Assembly: GCA_026392415.1 (NCBI GenBank)
Contig: JAPLCC010000016.1
Span: 2,503 to 66,502 of the forward strand
Direction of reading: 5' to 3'
From: Propionibacteriales bacterium
Lineage (GTDB): Bacteria; Actinomycetota; Actinomycetes; Propionibacteriales; Nocardioidaceae
DNA: 64,000 nucleotides
The translations under genes were made by a program, and so were the position numbers. Shown here piece after piece: positions 36,309-46,453 of this stretch; the first letter of the stretch is position 1; every line of letters starts with the position of its first letter. The notes beneath the pieces were generated by a model. It ran no database searches and was not told the DNA's origin. It saw only the letters and a list, made by a program, of their open reading frames with translations.

Positions 36309-36376
36309 GGCGTCCATCATGACATACCGATGGCTCTCGCGGGCGACCCGGGGCCGGACCCTCGAAGCCTTGCCGG

Positions 36377-39370
36377 TCAGCCCCAGAAGACCCGATCCAC
36401 GACCGCGCGAGCCCGTCGCGTGATCCGCAGGTAGTCGTCCATCAGCCGGTCCGTCTCGACCAGTTGGTAACCGAGGATGCCTGCCACGGCACGCCTTTCG
36501 AGCGTCGCACGCGGGAACTGGTCACCGGCGCGACCGCGGGCCAGGAGCAGGCCGTTGCGCACCCGCGACGCCATCCGCCACGACGCGGCGAGCGTCTCCG
36601 CGTCCTCATGGGTGAGCAGGTCGGCGTCCGCCGCCGCGCTGAGCGCGGCAAGCGTCTGGGCCGTCCGCAGACCCGCCACTCGGGCGCCGAAGCGCAGTTG
36701 CAGCAACTGCACGGTCCACTCGATGTCGGCGAGTCCGCCGCGCCCGAGCTTGAAGTGCAGGGTCGGGTCGGCCCCGCGCGGGAGTCGCTCCTTGTCGACG
36801 CGTCCCTTGATCCGGCGGACCTCGAGGACGTCGTCGTCGCTGAGTCCGCCCTCGGGGTAACGCAACGGGTCGATCAGGGCGGTGAACCGCGACCGCAGAT
36901 CCGGGTCACCCACGACCGCGTCGGCCCGCAGCAGGGCCTGGGCCTCCCACACGTGGGACCACTTCGCGTAGTAGGCCGCGTAGGCGTCGAGTGTGCGCAC
37001 CAGCGGCCCCTGACGTCCTTCGGGGCGGAGGTCGGCATCGACCACGAGCGACGGGTCGGGACCCGGCGCACCCAGCGCGCGTCGTACCTCCTCGGCCACG
37101 GCACGGGCGTAGTTCCCGGCCTCCTGGGCATCGGCACCCTCGACCGGGTCGTGCACGAACAGGACATCGGCGTCGCTGCCGTAGGACAGCTCGAAGCCGC
37201 CATAGCGCCCCATCGCGACGATCGCCATCCTGGTGGGCGCCTCGTCGAGACGGCGCTGGCCGCGCACGGTCTGGCCGGCGACCTCGAGAGTCGCCTCCAG
37301 CGTGGCGTCGGTCAGTCTGGAGAGCGCGAAACCGACCTCGTCGACGGTGACCATGCCGAGCACGTCACCGGCCGAGATCCGCAGCAGCTCGCGACGTCGT
37401 ACGGCACGCACGGCACGGACCGCCTTGTCGCCCTCCTGTCGGCGGGCCGAGGCAAGCATCTCCTCGGTCAGGGCGTCGGAGCCCAACGGTCGGAGGTCGC
37501 CGGCCAGCAGCCGCACACCCGCCGGCTCGCGCTCGAGCAGGTCCGTGCAGTAGCGGGACGTTGCCAGCAGGTGCGCCAGCCGCTCGGCGACCTCACCCTC
37601 GTCGCGGAGCGTGGAGAGGTACCAGGGGGTGCGGCCGAGCGCCTCGCTGATCCGGCGGAAGCCGAACAGGCCACCGTCGGGATCGGGGCACTCGGCGAAC
37701 CACTGGAGCATGGCCGGCAGCAGGGTGCGCTGGATCGCGGCGGTCCGGCTGACTCCTGTCGTCAGCGCCTCCAGGTTGCGCAGCGCGGCCTTGGGGTCGG
37801 CGTACCCGAGCGCAGAGAGACGCGCCCCGGCCGCCTCCGACGACAGCCGCACCTCGTCGGAGCCGATCTTGGCGACCGCGCTCAACAGCGGGCGGTAGAA
37901 GATCTTCTGGTGGAGCCGGCTGACCTCGCGGCGATGGTCCTGCCAGGTGTCGTCGAGCCGCTTCTCCGACTCCTTGAGCAGGCCCAGGCTGCGACCGAGC
38001 CGGCGCATCGACGGCGCGTCCGACGGTACGACGTGCGTGCGTTGCAGCCGGTGGAGCTGGATCCGGTGCTCGAGCTGCCGGAGGAAGGCATAGGCGCGGT
38101 GGAGTGCCTCACCGTCCTCCCGCCCGATGTAGCCACCACGGGTCAGCCGCGCGAGCGCGCTCAACGTGGTCGGCGGCCGGATGCTCTCGTCGGAGCGACC
38201 GTGGACGAGCTGCAACAGCTGCACCGCGAACTCGACGTCGCGCAGGCCGCCGGCACCGAGCTTCAGCTCCCGATCCGCCTCCTTGGCGGGGATGTGGTCG
38301 ATGACCCGGCGTCGCATCGCCCGCGCAGCATCGACGAAACCGTCGCGATCGGCAGCCGACCAGACCATCGGCGAGACCATCTCGACGAAGTCCCGCCCCA
38401 GGCCGAGGTCACCCGCCACCGGGCGCGCCTTGAGCAGCGCCTGGAACTCCCACGGCTCGGCCCAGCGCTCGTAGTAGCTCTGGTGACTGGCGAGGGTGCG
38501 GCTCAACGGACCGGCCTTGCCTTCTGGTCGCAGCGCCGCGTCGACGGGCCAGATGGTTCCCTCGGCCGTGTGGTCGGAGCAGACCTGCATGAGCTGGGCG
38601 GCGAGCTTCGCGGCGATCCGGCCCGCGTTCGCGCTGGCCGTGTCGTCGGCCGCCGGATCGGCAGCCCGGTGCACGAAGATGACGTCGACGTCCGAGACGT
38701 AGTTCAGCTCGTGGCCGCCGCACTTGCCCATCGCGATCACGGCGAGCGCGACCGCGGCGGAGTCCGGACCGACCCGCTGGCGGGCCACCGCGAGGGCGGC
38801 GTCGAGCGTGCCGGCAGCGAGGTCGGAGAGCTCGGCGGCGACGTCGTCCACACCGAGGTGGTGGGTCAGGTCGCGCGCGGCGAGGCGCAGCAGCTGACGG
38901 CGGTACTCGACGCGCAGGGCGTCGACGGCCTCACGGTCCGGCGCGGTGGCCACGGGAGAGGCGTCGGCAGGGTCGGCTCCGACGACGGCCAGCAGCGCGG
39001 CGCGCATCGCCCACGCCGCGGGCCGGGTCGACCCCAGGGCCGGGTCGGTGAGCTCGTGCCACTGCTCGGGGTGCGAGCACAGGTGATCCGCCAGTGCGCT
39101 GCTCGCTCCGAGCACGCACAGCACGCGCATCGCCGTACCCTCGTCGTCGCGGAGGGCGGTGAGCAGGGTGTCCCGGTCATCGACCGAGGCGGCGAGTCTG
39201 ACCAGTGCCGTGAGCGCCGCGTCCGGGTCGGCCGTCTGGCCCAGGAAGGCCAGCAGGTCCCCGGCGTCCGGGCCGAGTTCGCCGAGCTCCGCGATGGCGC
39301 GGTCGAGATCGACGAAACCCAGCCGCAGCAGGTCGCTGCGGTTGGTACGTCGGAGGTCGGCCCGCGTCAC
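36377..39370 (-). CDS. glnE: Glutamine synthetase adenylyltransferase / deadenylase
   Basis: Two NTase domains (MGKCGGHELNYVSDVDVIF; MGRYGGFELSYGSDADVLF), VDAALRPEGKAGPL, KLGAGGLRDVEF. Confidence 0.97.
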   Translation of the reverse strand: MTRADLRRTNRSDLLRLGFVDLDRAIAELGELGPDAGDLLAFLGQTADPDAALTALVRLAASVDDRDTLLTALRDDEGTAMRVLCVLGASSALADHLCSHPEQWHELTDPALGSTRPAAWAMRAALLAVVGADPADASPVATAPDREAVDALRVEYRRQLLRLAARDLTHHLGVDDVAAELSDLAAGTLDAALAVARQRVGPDSAAVALAVIAMGKCGGHELNYVSDVDVIFVHRAADPAADDTASANAGRIAAKLAAQLMQVCSDHTAEGTIWPVDAALRPEGKAGPLSRTLASHQSYYERWAEPWEFQALLKARPVAGDLGLGRDFVEMVSPMVWSAADRDGFVDAARAMRRRVIDHIPAKEADRELKLGAGGLRDVEFAVQLLQLVHGRSDESIRPPTTLSALARLTRGGYIGREDGEALHRAYAFLRQLEHRIQLHRLQRTHVVPSDAPSMRRLGRSLGLLKESEKRLDDTWQDHRREVSRLHQKIFYRPLLSAVAKIGSDEVRLSSEAAGARLSALGYADPKAALRNLEALTTGVSRTAAIQRTLLPAMLQWFAECPDPDGGLFGFRRISEALGRTPWYLSTLRDEGEVAERLAHLLATSRYCTDLLEREPAGVRLLAGDLRPLGSDALTEEMLASARRQEGDKAVRAVRAVRRRELLRISAGDVLGMVTVDEVGFALSRLTDATLEATLEVAGQTVRGQRRLDEAPTRMAIVAMGRYGGFELSYGSDADVLFVHDPVEGADAQEAGNYARAVAEEVRRALGAPGPDPSLVVDADLRPEGRQGPLVRTLDAYAAYYAKWSHVWEAQALLRADAVVGDPDLRSRFTALIDPLRYPEGGLSDDDVLEVRRIKGRVDKERLPRGADPTLHFKLGRGGLADIEWTVQLLQLRFGARVAGLRTAQTLAALSAAADADLLTHEDAETLAASWRMASRVRNGLLLARGRAGDQFPRATLERRAVAGILGYQLVETDRLMDDYLRITRRARAVVDRVFWG

Positions 39371-39380
39371 GAGACCATTC

Positions 39381-40721
39381 TCAGAGAACGGGGAGCATCC
39401 GGTCGCGCTCGAAGGCAGAGACCTGTCCGCGGTACTCGTCCCACTCGGCGCGCTTGTTGCGGAGGAAGAAGTCGAAGACCTGCTCCCCCAACGTCTCGGC
39501 GAGCAGCTCGGAGTTCTCGGCGATCGTGATCGCTTCGTTGAGGTTGCGCGGCAGCGGCTGGATGCCCAGGTTGCGGCGCTCCTTCTCCGTCAGGGCCCAG
39601 ACGTCGTCCTCGGCCTCGCGGGGCAGCTCGTAGCCGTTCTCGATGCCCTTGAGACCGGCCGCCAGCACCACGGCGTAGGCGAGGTAGGGGTTGCAGGCCG
39701 AGTCGATGCTGCGCAGCTCGATCCGGGTCGACTGACCCTTGAGCGGCTTGTACATCGGCACCCGGATCATCGCGGAGCGGTTGTTGTGACCCCAGCAGAT
39801 GTACGACGGAGCCTCGCCCCCGAACATCATCCGCTTGTAGGAGTTGACCCACTGGTTGGTGACGACGCTGATCTCGCTGGCGTGGTGCAGGATGCCGGCG
39901 ATGAACTGGCGCCCGGTCTTCGACAGCTGGTACTCGGCGCCCGCTTCGTAGAAGGCGTTCTGGTCGCCCTCGAACAGCGAGAGGTGCGTGTGCATGCCCG
40001 AGCCGGGGTGCTCGGTGAACGGCTTCGGCATGAACGTCGCCCAGAGGCCCTGGCTGAGCGCCACCTCACGGATGACGGTGCGGAAGGTCATGATGTTGTC
40101 AGCGGTGCTCAGCGCGTCGGCGTACCGCAGGTCGATCTCCTGCTGGCCCGGGCCGGCCTCGTGGTGGCTGAACTCCACCGAGATGCCCATCGCCTCGAGC
40201 ATGGTGATCGCCTCGCGACGGAAGTCCGATCCGTGCGAGTGGGCCGCGTGGTCGAAGTAACCACTGCGGTCCATCGGGATTGGGTCCTCGCCGGTCTTCG
40301 GCTCATCCTTGAAGAGGTAGAACTCGATCTCGGGGTGCGTGTAGAACGTGAATCCCTGCTCGGCAGCCCTGCCGAGCGTCCGCTTGAGGACGTTGCGGGG
40401 ATCGGCGTAGGACGCCGAGCCGTCCGGCATCACGATGTCGCAGAACATGCGAGCGGTCGACGGACCCTCGCTGCTGCGCCACGGCAGGATCTGGAACGTC
40501 GTCGGGTCGGGCAGCGCGAGCATGTCCGCCTCGTAGACCCGGGCGAAGCCCTCGATCGCCGAGCCGTCGAACCCGATGCCCTCGGAGAAGGCGCCTTCGA
40601 GCTCGGCGGGCGCCACGGCGACCGACTTGAGGAAGCCCAGGACGTCGGTGAACCACAACCGCACGAACCGGACGTCACGCTCTTCAAGAGCCCGGAGAAC
40701 GAAGTCTTCCTGCTTACCCAT
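39381..40721 (-). CDS. glnA: Glutamine synthetase type I (GlnA2-like)
   Basis: VRLWFTDVLG, FDGSAIEGF, HPEIEF, HHEAGPGQQE, MPKPF..HPGSGMH, IELRSIDSACNPYL. Confidence 0.96.
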   Translation of the reverse strand: MGKQEDFVLRALEERDVRFVRLWFTDVLGFLKSVAVAPAELEGAFSEGIGFDGSAIEGFARVYEADMLALPDPTTFQILPWRSSEGPSTARMFCDIVMPDGSASYADPRNVLKRTLGRAAEQGFTFYTHPEIEFYLFKDEPKTGEDPIPMDRSGYFDHAAHSHGSDFRREAITMLEAMGISVEFSHHEAGPGQQEIDLRYADALSTADNIMTFRTVIREVALSQGLWATFMPKPFTEHPGSGMHTHLSLFEGDQNAFYEAGAEYQLSKTGRQFIAGILHHASEISVVTNQWVNSYKRMMFGGEAPSYICWGHNNRSAMIRVPMYKPLKGQSTRIELRSIDSACNPYLAYAVVLAAGLKGIENGYELPREAEDDVWALTEKERRNLGIQPLPRNLNEAITIAENSELLAETLGEQVFDFFLRNKRAEWDEYRGQVSAFERDRMLPVL

Positions 40722-40893
40722 GCGGTCAGCCTAGGGGTTGGCGGACGAAGGCGTCGCCGAGGCTCGATCCCGACACTTCGGACCTGTTTTGGTGATTCCT
40801 CTGCAATCTGTCGGACCCTCTGCGCAAGATGGCATCGGCCGGCCTCGGGCCGGCTGTTTGCATTCACGGGAAGAACCAACAGTGGGGAATGAA

Positions 40894-41607
40894 ATGTCCA
40901 TCTTGAAGAACCGCACCATCGCCGTCGTCGCCGGTGCCGCCGTACTCGTGGGACTCGGCGCCACCGGCGCCACCGCAGCCCGCCTGATCACCTCGGCGGA
41001 CATCAAGAACAGCACCATCCAGTCCGTCGACGTCGCCTACAACAGCCTCAAGGGCACCGACATCGCCAACAGCTCGCTGACCGGCGTCGACCTGGCCAAC
41101 GGCACCGTCGGCCTGATCGACCTGTCCGCCGACGCGAAGAGCGCCCTTGCCCCGGGCGACGGCATCCTCGGTGTCGAAGCCGACTCGATCGCTGCCCCGA
41201 AGGCCATCACCAACATCGGTGGTCCGATCAACGCCAACTACACGAACCTCGACACCGGCTTCACGCTGCCGGCCGGCAAGTACCTCATCACCGTGGACGG
41301 CTCGTTCGAGAGCGCCTCGGTCGGCGACCCGGCCGTCAGTGTCTACCCGCAGCTCTCGCTGTGGCTCGACAAGTCGGGCGACGACGCCTTCCAGTGGCAG
41401 CAGGGCGAGGGCAACATCAGCCCCAACGCCTTGATGCCCACCGCCAAGGACCGGCACATCTCGGTCAGCGGCACCAGCGTCGTCGTGCTCGACGACGACA
41501 CCTACGTCGGCCTGCTGGCCTTCGGCTACGCGAGCGACCAGAGCGCGGCGCGCAGCGGGGAAATCAACGTCACCGGCGCCACGATCACGGCGACGCCGCT
41601 CAACTGA
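40894..41607 (+). CDS. Secreted hypothetical protein with decapeptide repeats
   Basis: Signal peptide (MSILKNRTIAVVAGAAVLVGLGATGATA), four 10-aa repeats, then a beta-rich domain. Confidence 0.8.
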   Translation: MSILKNRTIAVVAGAAVLVGLGATGATAARLITSADIKNSTIQSVDVAYNSLKGTDIANSSLTGVDLANGTVGLIDLSADAKSALAPGDGILGVEADSIAAPKAITNIGGPINANYTNLDTGFTLPAGKYLITVDGSFESASVGDPAVSVYPQLSLWLDKSGDDAFQWQQGEGNISPNALMPTAKDRHISVSGTSVVVLDDDTYVGLLAFGYASDQSAARSGEINVTGATITATPLN

Positions 41608-41613
41608 CCCCCA

Positions 41614-41645
41614 CCTGGTCACCGGCCTTCGGGCCGGTGATCAGG
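41614..41645. terminator. Hairpin terminator between convergent genes
   Basis: cctggtcaccggcc-TTCG-ggccggtgatcagg (14-bp stem with one G-U, UUCG loop), overlapping the nadE stop. Confidence 0.8.
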
Positions 41646-43719
41646 CCTCGGGCACGTTCTCCAGTTCGGCCAGCCAGGCAACCGCACTCGCGTCGGACGG
41701 CATCCGCCAGTCACCGCGCGGTGACATGGTGCCGCCCGCGCTGACCTTCGGACCGTTCGGCAACGCCGACCTCTTGAACTGGCTGCTGAAGAAGCGCTGG
41801 GTGAAGACCACGAGCCACCGGCGCACCGTCGCCAGGTCGTAGGACGCCCGCCGCTCCTCCGGGAATCCAGGCGGCCACTCCCCAGCGGACTGGTCGTGCC
41901 ACGCGTGCCACGCGAGGAAGGCGATCTTGCTCGGCCGGTAGCCACGCCGGATCACGTGGTAGAGCGTGAAGTCCTGGAGCGCGTACGGACCGACGGAGTC
42001 CTCGGTCGCCTGGGGCTTCTCACCGGCCGTCGCCGGGATCAGCTCGGGGGTGATCTCCTGGTCGAGGATCTCCTGCAGGACCTTGTCCGCGTCGTCGTCG
42101 TAGTGCCCGTCGTGCAGCTGGTCGGTGTCGATCACCCACCGGATCAGGTGCTGGATCAGGGTCTTCGGGACACCGGCGTTGACGTTGTAGTGCGACATCT
42201 GGTCACCGACGCCGTAGGTGCACCACCCGAGTGCGAGCTCGGACAGGTCGCCGGTGCCGAGCACGATGCCGCCGCGGTGGTTGGCCAGGCGGAACAGGTA
42301 GTCGGTGCGCAGTCCGGCCTGGACGTTCTCGAAGGTGATGTCGTAGGTCGGCTGCCCGTCGCTGTAGGGGTGATCGAGGTCGGCCAGCATCTGGGTCGCC
42401 GCCGGCTTGATGTCGAGCTCGGCGAACGTGCAGCCCAGCGCAGTCGCGAGCCGGGTCGCGTAGGACTTCGTGGTCTCGCCCGTTGCGAAGCCCGGCATGG
42501 TGAAGGCGTGGATGTCGCTGCGCGGGCGCCCCAGCCGGTCCATCGCCTTCGCGGCGACGATCAGCGCGTGGGTCGAGTCGAGACCACCGCTGACCCCGAT
42601 CACGATCTTCGGCTGCCCGATGGCCCTGAGGCGCTGCTCGAGGCCGGACACCTGGATGTTGTAGGCCTCGTAGCAGTCGAGCGCGAGCCGCTCCGCGTTG
42701 TCGGGGACGAACGGGAACCGGTCGACCTTGCGAAGCAGGCCGATGTTGCCGGCGGGCGGGTCGAGGGTGAACTCGATGGTCCGATGGCCCAGGTTGGTCG
42801 AGTAGTCCTGCGAGGAACGAGCGGGGCGTATCGAGACCCGGTTGTCGTCGAACGTCCCCTGGCGCTGGCGTTCCTGGCGCAGCCGGTCGAGGTCGACGTC
42901 GACCACCGTCCGTCGAGGGCCCTCGGGGAATCGCTCCGACTCCCCCAGCAGGTCGCCCATCTCGTAGACCATCGTCTGGCCGTCCCACGACAAGTCCGTG
43001 GTCGACTCACCCTGGCCGGCGGCCGCGTAGATGTAGGCGGCATTGCAGCGTGCGCTGGCGCTGCGAGCCAGCAGGTGCCGGTCCTCGGCGCGCGCGATGG
43101 TGATCGGACTTCCGGAGAGGTTGGCCAACAGGGTCGCGCCGGCGAGGGCCGCGTTGGCGCTCGGCGGGATCGGGACCCACATGTCCTCGCAGATCTCGAC
43201 GTGCAGCGCGAATCCCGGCACGTCGGTCGCGCGGAAGATCAGATCGTTGCCGAAGGGCACGTCCTGGCCGATCACCTCGATGACACCGTCCGACTGGGTC
43301 GCGCCCGACGCGAACCAGCGGGCCTCGTAGAACTCCCGGTAGGTCGGCAGGAACGACTTCGGAGCCACACCGAGGATCTCGCCGCGATGGATGACCACCG
43401 CACAGTTGTAGATGCGGTTGAGGCTCGAGAGCGGCGCACCCACCACGATCACCGGCAACAGGTCCCGACTCGCCTCGACGATGTCACCGATGGCCACCTG
43501 CACCGCGTCGAGGAGCACGTCCTGCAGGAACAGGTCGTCGACGGCGTACCCGGTCAGGCCCAACTCGGGGAACACCGCCACCGCCACGCCCTCGTCGTGG
43601 CAGGCCCGGGCCTGCTCGATCGTGCGGGCAGCGTTGGACGCGGGGTCGGCAAGGGCCACCGGCAGGGTGACCGCGGCAACCCGGGCGAACCCGTGGGCAT
43701 AGGCCGAGTAGAAGTCCAC
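41641..43719 (-). CDS. nadE: Glutamine-dependent NAD+ synthetase
   Basis: Nitrilase domain ([34 protein letters not shown]) and synthetase domain ([37 protein letters not shown]). Confidence 0.97.
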   Translation of the reverse strand: MDFYSAYAHGFARVAAVTLPVALADPASNAARTIEQARACHDEGVAVAVFPELGLTGYAVDDLFLQDVLLDAVQVAIGDIVEASRDLLPVIVVGAPLSSLNRIYNCAVVIHRGEILGVAPKSFLPTYREFYEARWFASGATQSDGVIEVIGQDVPFGNDLIFRATDVPGFALHVEICEDMWVPIPPSANAALAGATLLANLSGSPITIARAEDRHLLARSASARCNAAYIYAAAGQGESTTDLSWDGQTMVYEMGDLLGESERFPEGPRRTVVDVDLDRLRQERQRQGTFDDNRVSIRPARSSQDYSTNLGHRTIEFTLDPPAGNIGLLRKVDRFPFVPDNAERLALDCYEAYNIQVSGLEQRLRAIGQPKIVIGVSGGLDSTHALIVAAKAMDRLGRPRSDIHAFTMPGFATGETTKSYATRLATALGCTFAELDIKPAATQMLADLDHPYSDGQPTYDITFENVQAGLRTDYLFRLANHRGGIVLGTGDLSELALGWCTYGVGDQMSHYNVNAGVPKTLIQHLIRWVIDTDQLHDGHYDDDADKVLQEILDQEITPELIPATAGEKPQATEDSVGPYALQDFTLYHVIRRGYRPSKIAFLAWHAWHDQSAGEWPPGFPEERRASYDLATVRRWLVVFTQRFFSSQFKRSALPNGPKVSAGGTMSPRGDWRMPSDASAVAWLAELENVPEA
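42792..42838. repeat. REP-like unit (GTAG family) inside nadE
   Basis: ggttggtcgaGTAG-tcctgcgaggaacgagcggggc-gtatcgagacc. Translated as [17 protein letters not shown]. Confidence 0.85.
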
Positions 43720-43780
43720 GAGACGAGTCTAGGGATCGCCGCGCCGATGAGTCGGCGGACCGGCTCCGGTCTGTCCCCGC

Positions 43781-44287
43781 ATGAGCATCACCAGCAGCCA
43801 CATCCAGCCGTGCCTGTGGTTCGACGACACCCTCGAGGAGGCTGCACGTTTCTACACCGGCATCTTCCCCAACTCCTCGATCGGCCATCTGAGCCGGTAC
43901 GCCGAGGGCGGCCCGGGCGAGCCCGGGAGCGTGATGGCGGGCGAGTTCACCCTCGACGGGATGACGTTCCGCGGCATCAACGGCGGGCCGGCGTTCCCCT
44001 TCACCGAAGCGGTGTCGTTCTCGGTGACCTGTCGCGACCAGTCCGAGGTCGACTACTACTGGGACTCGCTGGTCGACGGCGGGCAGGAGTCGGTCTGCGG
44101 CTGGCTCAAGGACCGCTACGGCCTGTCCTGGCAGATCGTCCCCGCCCGGCTCTACGAGCTGGTGACCGACCCCGACCCTGTCCGCGCGGGCGCCGCGACG
44201 AAGGCGATGCTCGGCATGCGCCGGATCATCGTGGCCGAGCTCGAGGCCGCCGCGGACGCTGCCGGACGGCCCCACACCCCGGGGTGA
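43781..44287 (+). CDS. VOC family protein (PhnB / 3-demethylubiquinone-9 3-methyltransferase-like)
   Basis: IQPCLWFDD, INGGPAFPFTEAVSF, CGWLKDRYGLSWQIVP. Confidence 0.92.
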   Translation: MSITSSHIQPCLWFDDTLEEAARFYTGIFPNSSIGHLSRYAEGGPGEPGSVMAGEFTLDGMTFRGINGGPAFPFTEAVSFSVTCRDQSEVDYYWDSLVDGGQESVCGWLKDRYGLSWQIVPARLYELVTDPDPVRAGAATKAMLGMRRIIVAELEAAADAAGRPHTPG

Positions 44288-44396
44288 TCCAACACACAGC
44301 GCGCAGACGGACTCGACGCGACTAGCCTCATCGTTGTCCTTCACGAACGTGGACCCACACCGGTGGGCCGCGAGTCAGAAGAAACGGAGCTCGACG

Positions 44397-45239
44397 ATGA
44401 GCAGCACCCCCGAAGAGACCGCGCCGTACGGCGGGCCCGCGCCGATCAAGCGGATCCGCACCCATCACGTCCGCGAGATGAAGCAGCGTGGCGAGCGGAT
44501 CTCCATGCTGACCAGCTACGACCAGCTGACGGCCCAGATCTTCGACGAGGCCGGCATCGAGCTCCTGCTCGTCGGGGACAGCGCATCCAACAACGTCCTG
44601 GGCAACTCGACCTCGTTGCCGATCACGGTCGACGAGCTGATTCCACTGACCCGCGCCGTCAGCCGTTCGGTCAACCGCGCCATGGTCGTCGGCGACCTCC
44701 CGTTCGGCTCCTACCAGGCATCGCCCGAGCAGGCCTACCTCACCGCCGTCCGGTTCATGAAGGAGGGCGGCGCCCACTGCGTCAAGCTCGAGGGCGGTGT
44801 CGAGATGGCGCCGCAGATCGACCGGATGGTCAAGGGCGGCATCCCGGTGATGGCGCACATCGGTTTCACGCCGCAGTCCGAGCACACCCTCGGCGGCTAC
44901 CGCGTCCAGGGACGCGGCGAGGCGGCCGAGCGGGTCATGCGCGACGCCCTCGCGGTCCAGGAGGCCGGCGCGTTCGCCGTCGTCATGGAGATGGTGCCCG
45001 GCGACGTGGCTGCCGAGATCACCCAGAAGCTCGAGATCTCCACGATCGGCATCGGTGCCGGCAACCAGTGCGACGGCCAGGTGCTGGTGTGGCAGGACGC
45101 CTTCGGTCTTCGCACCGGCAGGCTCCCCCGCTTCGTCAAGCAGTACGCCGACGTCCGCTCGGTGCTCCTCGACGCCGCCCGCGCCTACGACTCCGAGGTC
45201 AAGGGCGGATCCTTCCCCGGAGCCGAACACACCTTCTGA
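44397..45239 (+). CDS. panB: 3-methyl-2-oxobutanoate hydroxymethyltransferase
   Basis: MLTSYD, LLVGDSA, VVGDLPFGSY, VKLEGG, AHIGFTPQS, IGIGAG...DGQVLV. Confidence 0.97.
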   Translation: MSSTPEETAPYGGPAPIKRIRTHHVREMKQRGERISMLTSYDQLTAQIFDEAGIELLLVGDSASNNVLGNSTSLPITVDELIPLTRAVSRSVNRAMVVGDLPFGSYQASPEQAYLTAVRFMKEGGAHCVKLEGGVEMAPQIDRMVKGGIPVMAHIGFTPQSEHTLGGYRVQGRGEAAERVMRDALAVQEAGAFAVVMEMVPGDVAAEITQKLEISTIGIGAGNQCDGQVLVWQDAFGLRTGRLPRFVKQYADVRSVLLDAARAYDSEVKGGSFPGAEHTF

Positions 45240-45267
45240 CCTTGCCGGGAGGCGTACCGTCGCAGGC

Positions 45268-46422
45268 ATGCGACCACGCATCGTCGTCCTGCCCTGTCTG
45301 GCCCTCCTCGTCGCCCTGATCAGCCCGCTCGGGCCCTCGGGGTCCGCCCTGGCGCCGGAGGCCGCGCCAGCGGCCGCGTTCCGGGTCGACGTGATCGCGA
45401 CCGGGCTCGACCATCCGTGGGAGGTCCAGCAGTTGCCGAGCGGGCACCTGCTGGTGACGCAGCGGAGCCGGCGGACACTCACCGTCGTCAACGTGTCGAA
45501 CGGCAACAAGCGCGACCTGACCTTCCCCAGCAGCAGCGTCTGGGCGTCCGGGGAGACCGGGCTGCTCGGGCTGGCGATCGATCCCGACTTCACCCGCAAC
45601 CGACGGATCTACACCTGTTCCGGCTGGCAGAAGTCAGACGGCTCCCATGACATCCGCGTGATCGCGTGGCGAATCGACACGGCGCTGACCACGGCCACCT
45701 TCGACGAGGTCCTGGTGTCGGACATCCCCTCGATCACCGGCCGGCACGGCGGCTGCCGACTGCTGATCGCACCCAGCGGACTGATCATCGGCACCGGCGA
45801 CGCGGCCGTCGGCACCAAGCCCCAGAGCCTCAACTCGTTCGGCGGCAAGATCTTGCGGGTCAACCGGTTCACCGGTCAGCCCGCGTCGGCCAACCGCTGG
45901 TACTCCCGCACCGGCAAGGCCCGATCGATCCTCACCTACGGCCACCGCAACGTGCAGGGTCTTGCCCTGCGCTCCAACGGTGAGCTGTGGGCGGTCGAGC
46001 ACGGCACCTATCGCGACGACGAGATCAACCGGATCGCCAGCGGCCGCAACTACGGCTGGAACCCCGTTCCCGGTTACGACGAGTCCCGCCCGATGACCGA
46101 TCACTCGCTGCCCGGCACGCAGTACGGCGCCCGCTGGAGCTCCGGCAACCCGACGATCGCCCCGTCCGGGGCGGACTTCGTGACCGGTGCCGCATGGGGC
46201 AGCTACCGCAACACGCTCGCCGTGTCGGTGCTCAAGGGCCAGCGACTCATGTTCGTGAAGTTCGACTCCGCCGGCCACCTGGTGTGGACCCGCTCCCCCA
46301 CCGAGCTCCGCCAGTACGGTCGCCTCCGCGACGTGACCACCACCGCGGCCCACTCCCTGCTCGTGACCACCGACAACGGCGACGGCCAGGACGTCATCCT
46401 CCGGGTCCGACCGCCGGGCTGA
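45268..46422 (+). CDS. Secreted PQQ-dependent sugar dehydrogenase (glucose/sorbosone dehydrogenase family)
   Basis: Signal peptide, [49 protein letters not shown]. Confidence 0.9.
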   Translation: MRPRIVVLPCLALLVALISPLGPSGSALAPEAAPAAAFRVDVIATGLDHPWEVQQLPSGHLLVTQRSRRTLTVVNVSNGNKRDLTFPSSSVWASGETGLLGLAIDPDFTRNRRIYTCSGWQKSDGSHDIRVIAWRIDTALTTATFDEVLVSDIPSITGRHGGCRLLIAPSGLIIGTGDAAVGTKPQSLNSFGGKILRVNRFTGQPASANRWYSRTGKARSILTYGHRNVQGLALRSNGELWAVEHGTYRDDEINRIASGRNYGWNPVPGYDESRPMTDHSLPGTQYGARWSSGNPTIAPSGADFVTGAAWGSYRNTLAVSVLKGQRLMFVKFDSAGHLVWTRSPTELRQYGRLRDVTTTAAHSLLVTTDNGDGQDVILRVRPPG

Positions 46423-46453
46423 GCAGCGGGCGCCCTGTGACAGCATCGACCCC

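Noticed and set aside
40722-40893. GlnR boxes or a riboswitch in the glnA divergent spacer
   Set aside because: No convincing GTnAC-n6-GAAAC repeat or known aptamer motif, only a short hairpin.
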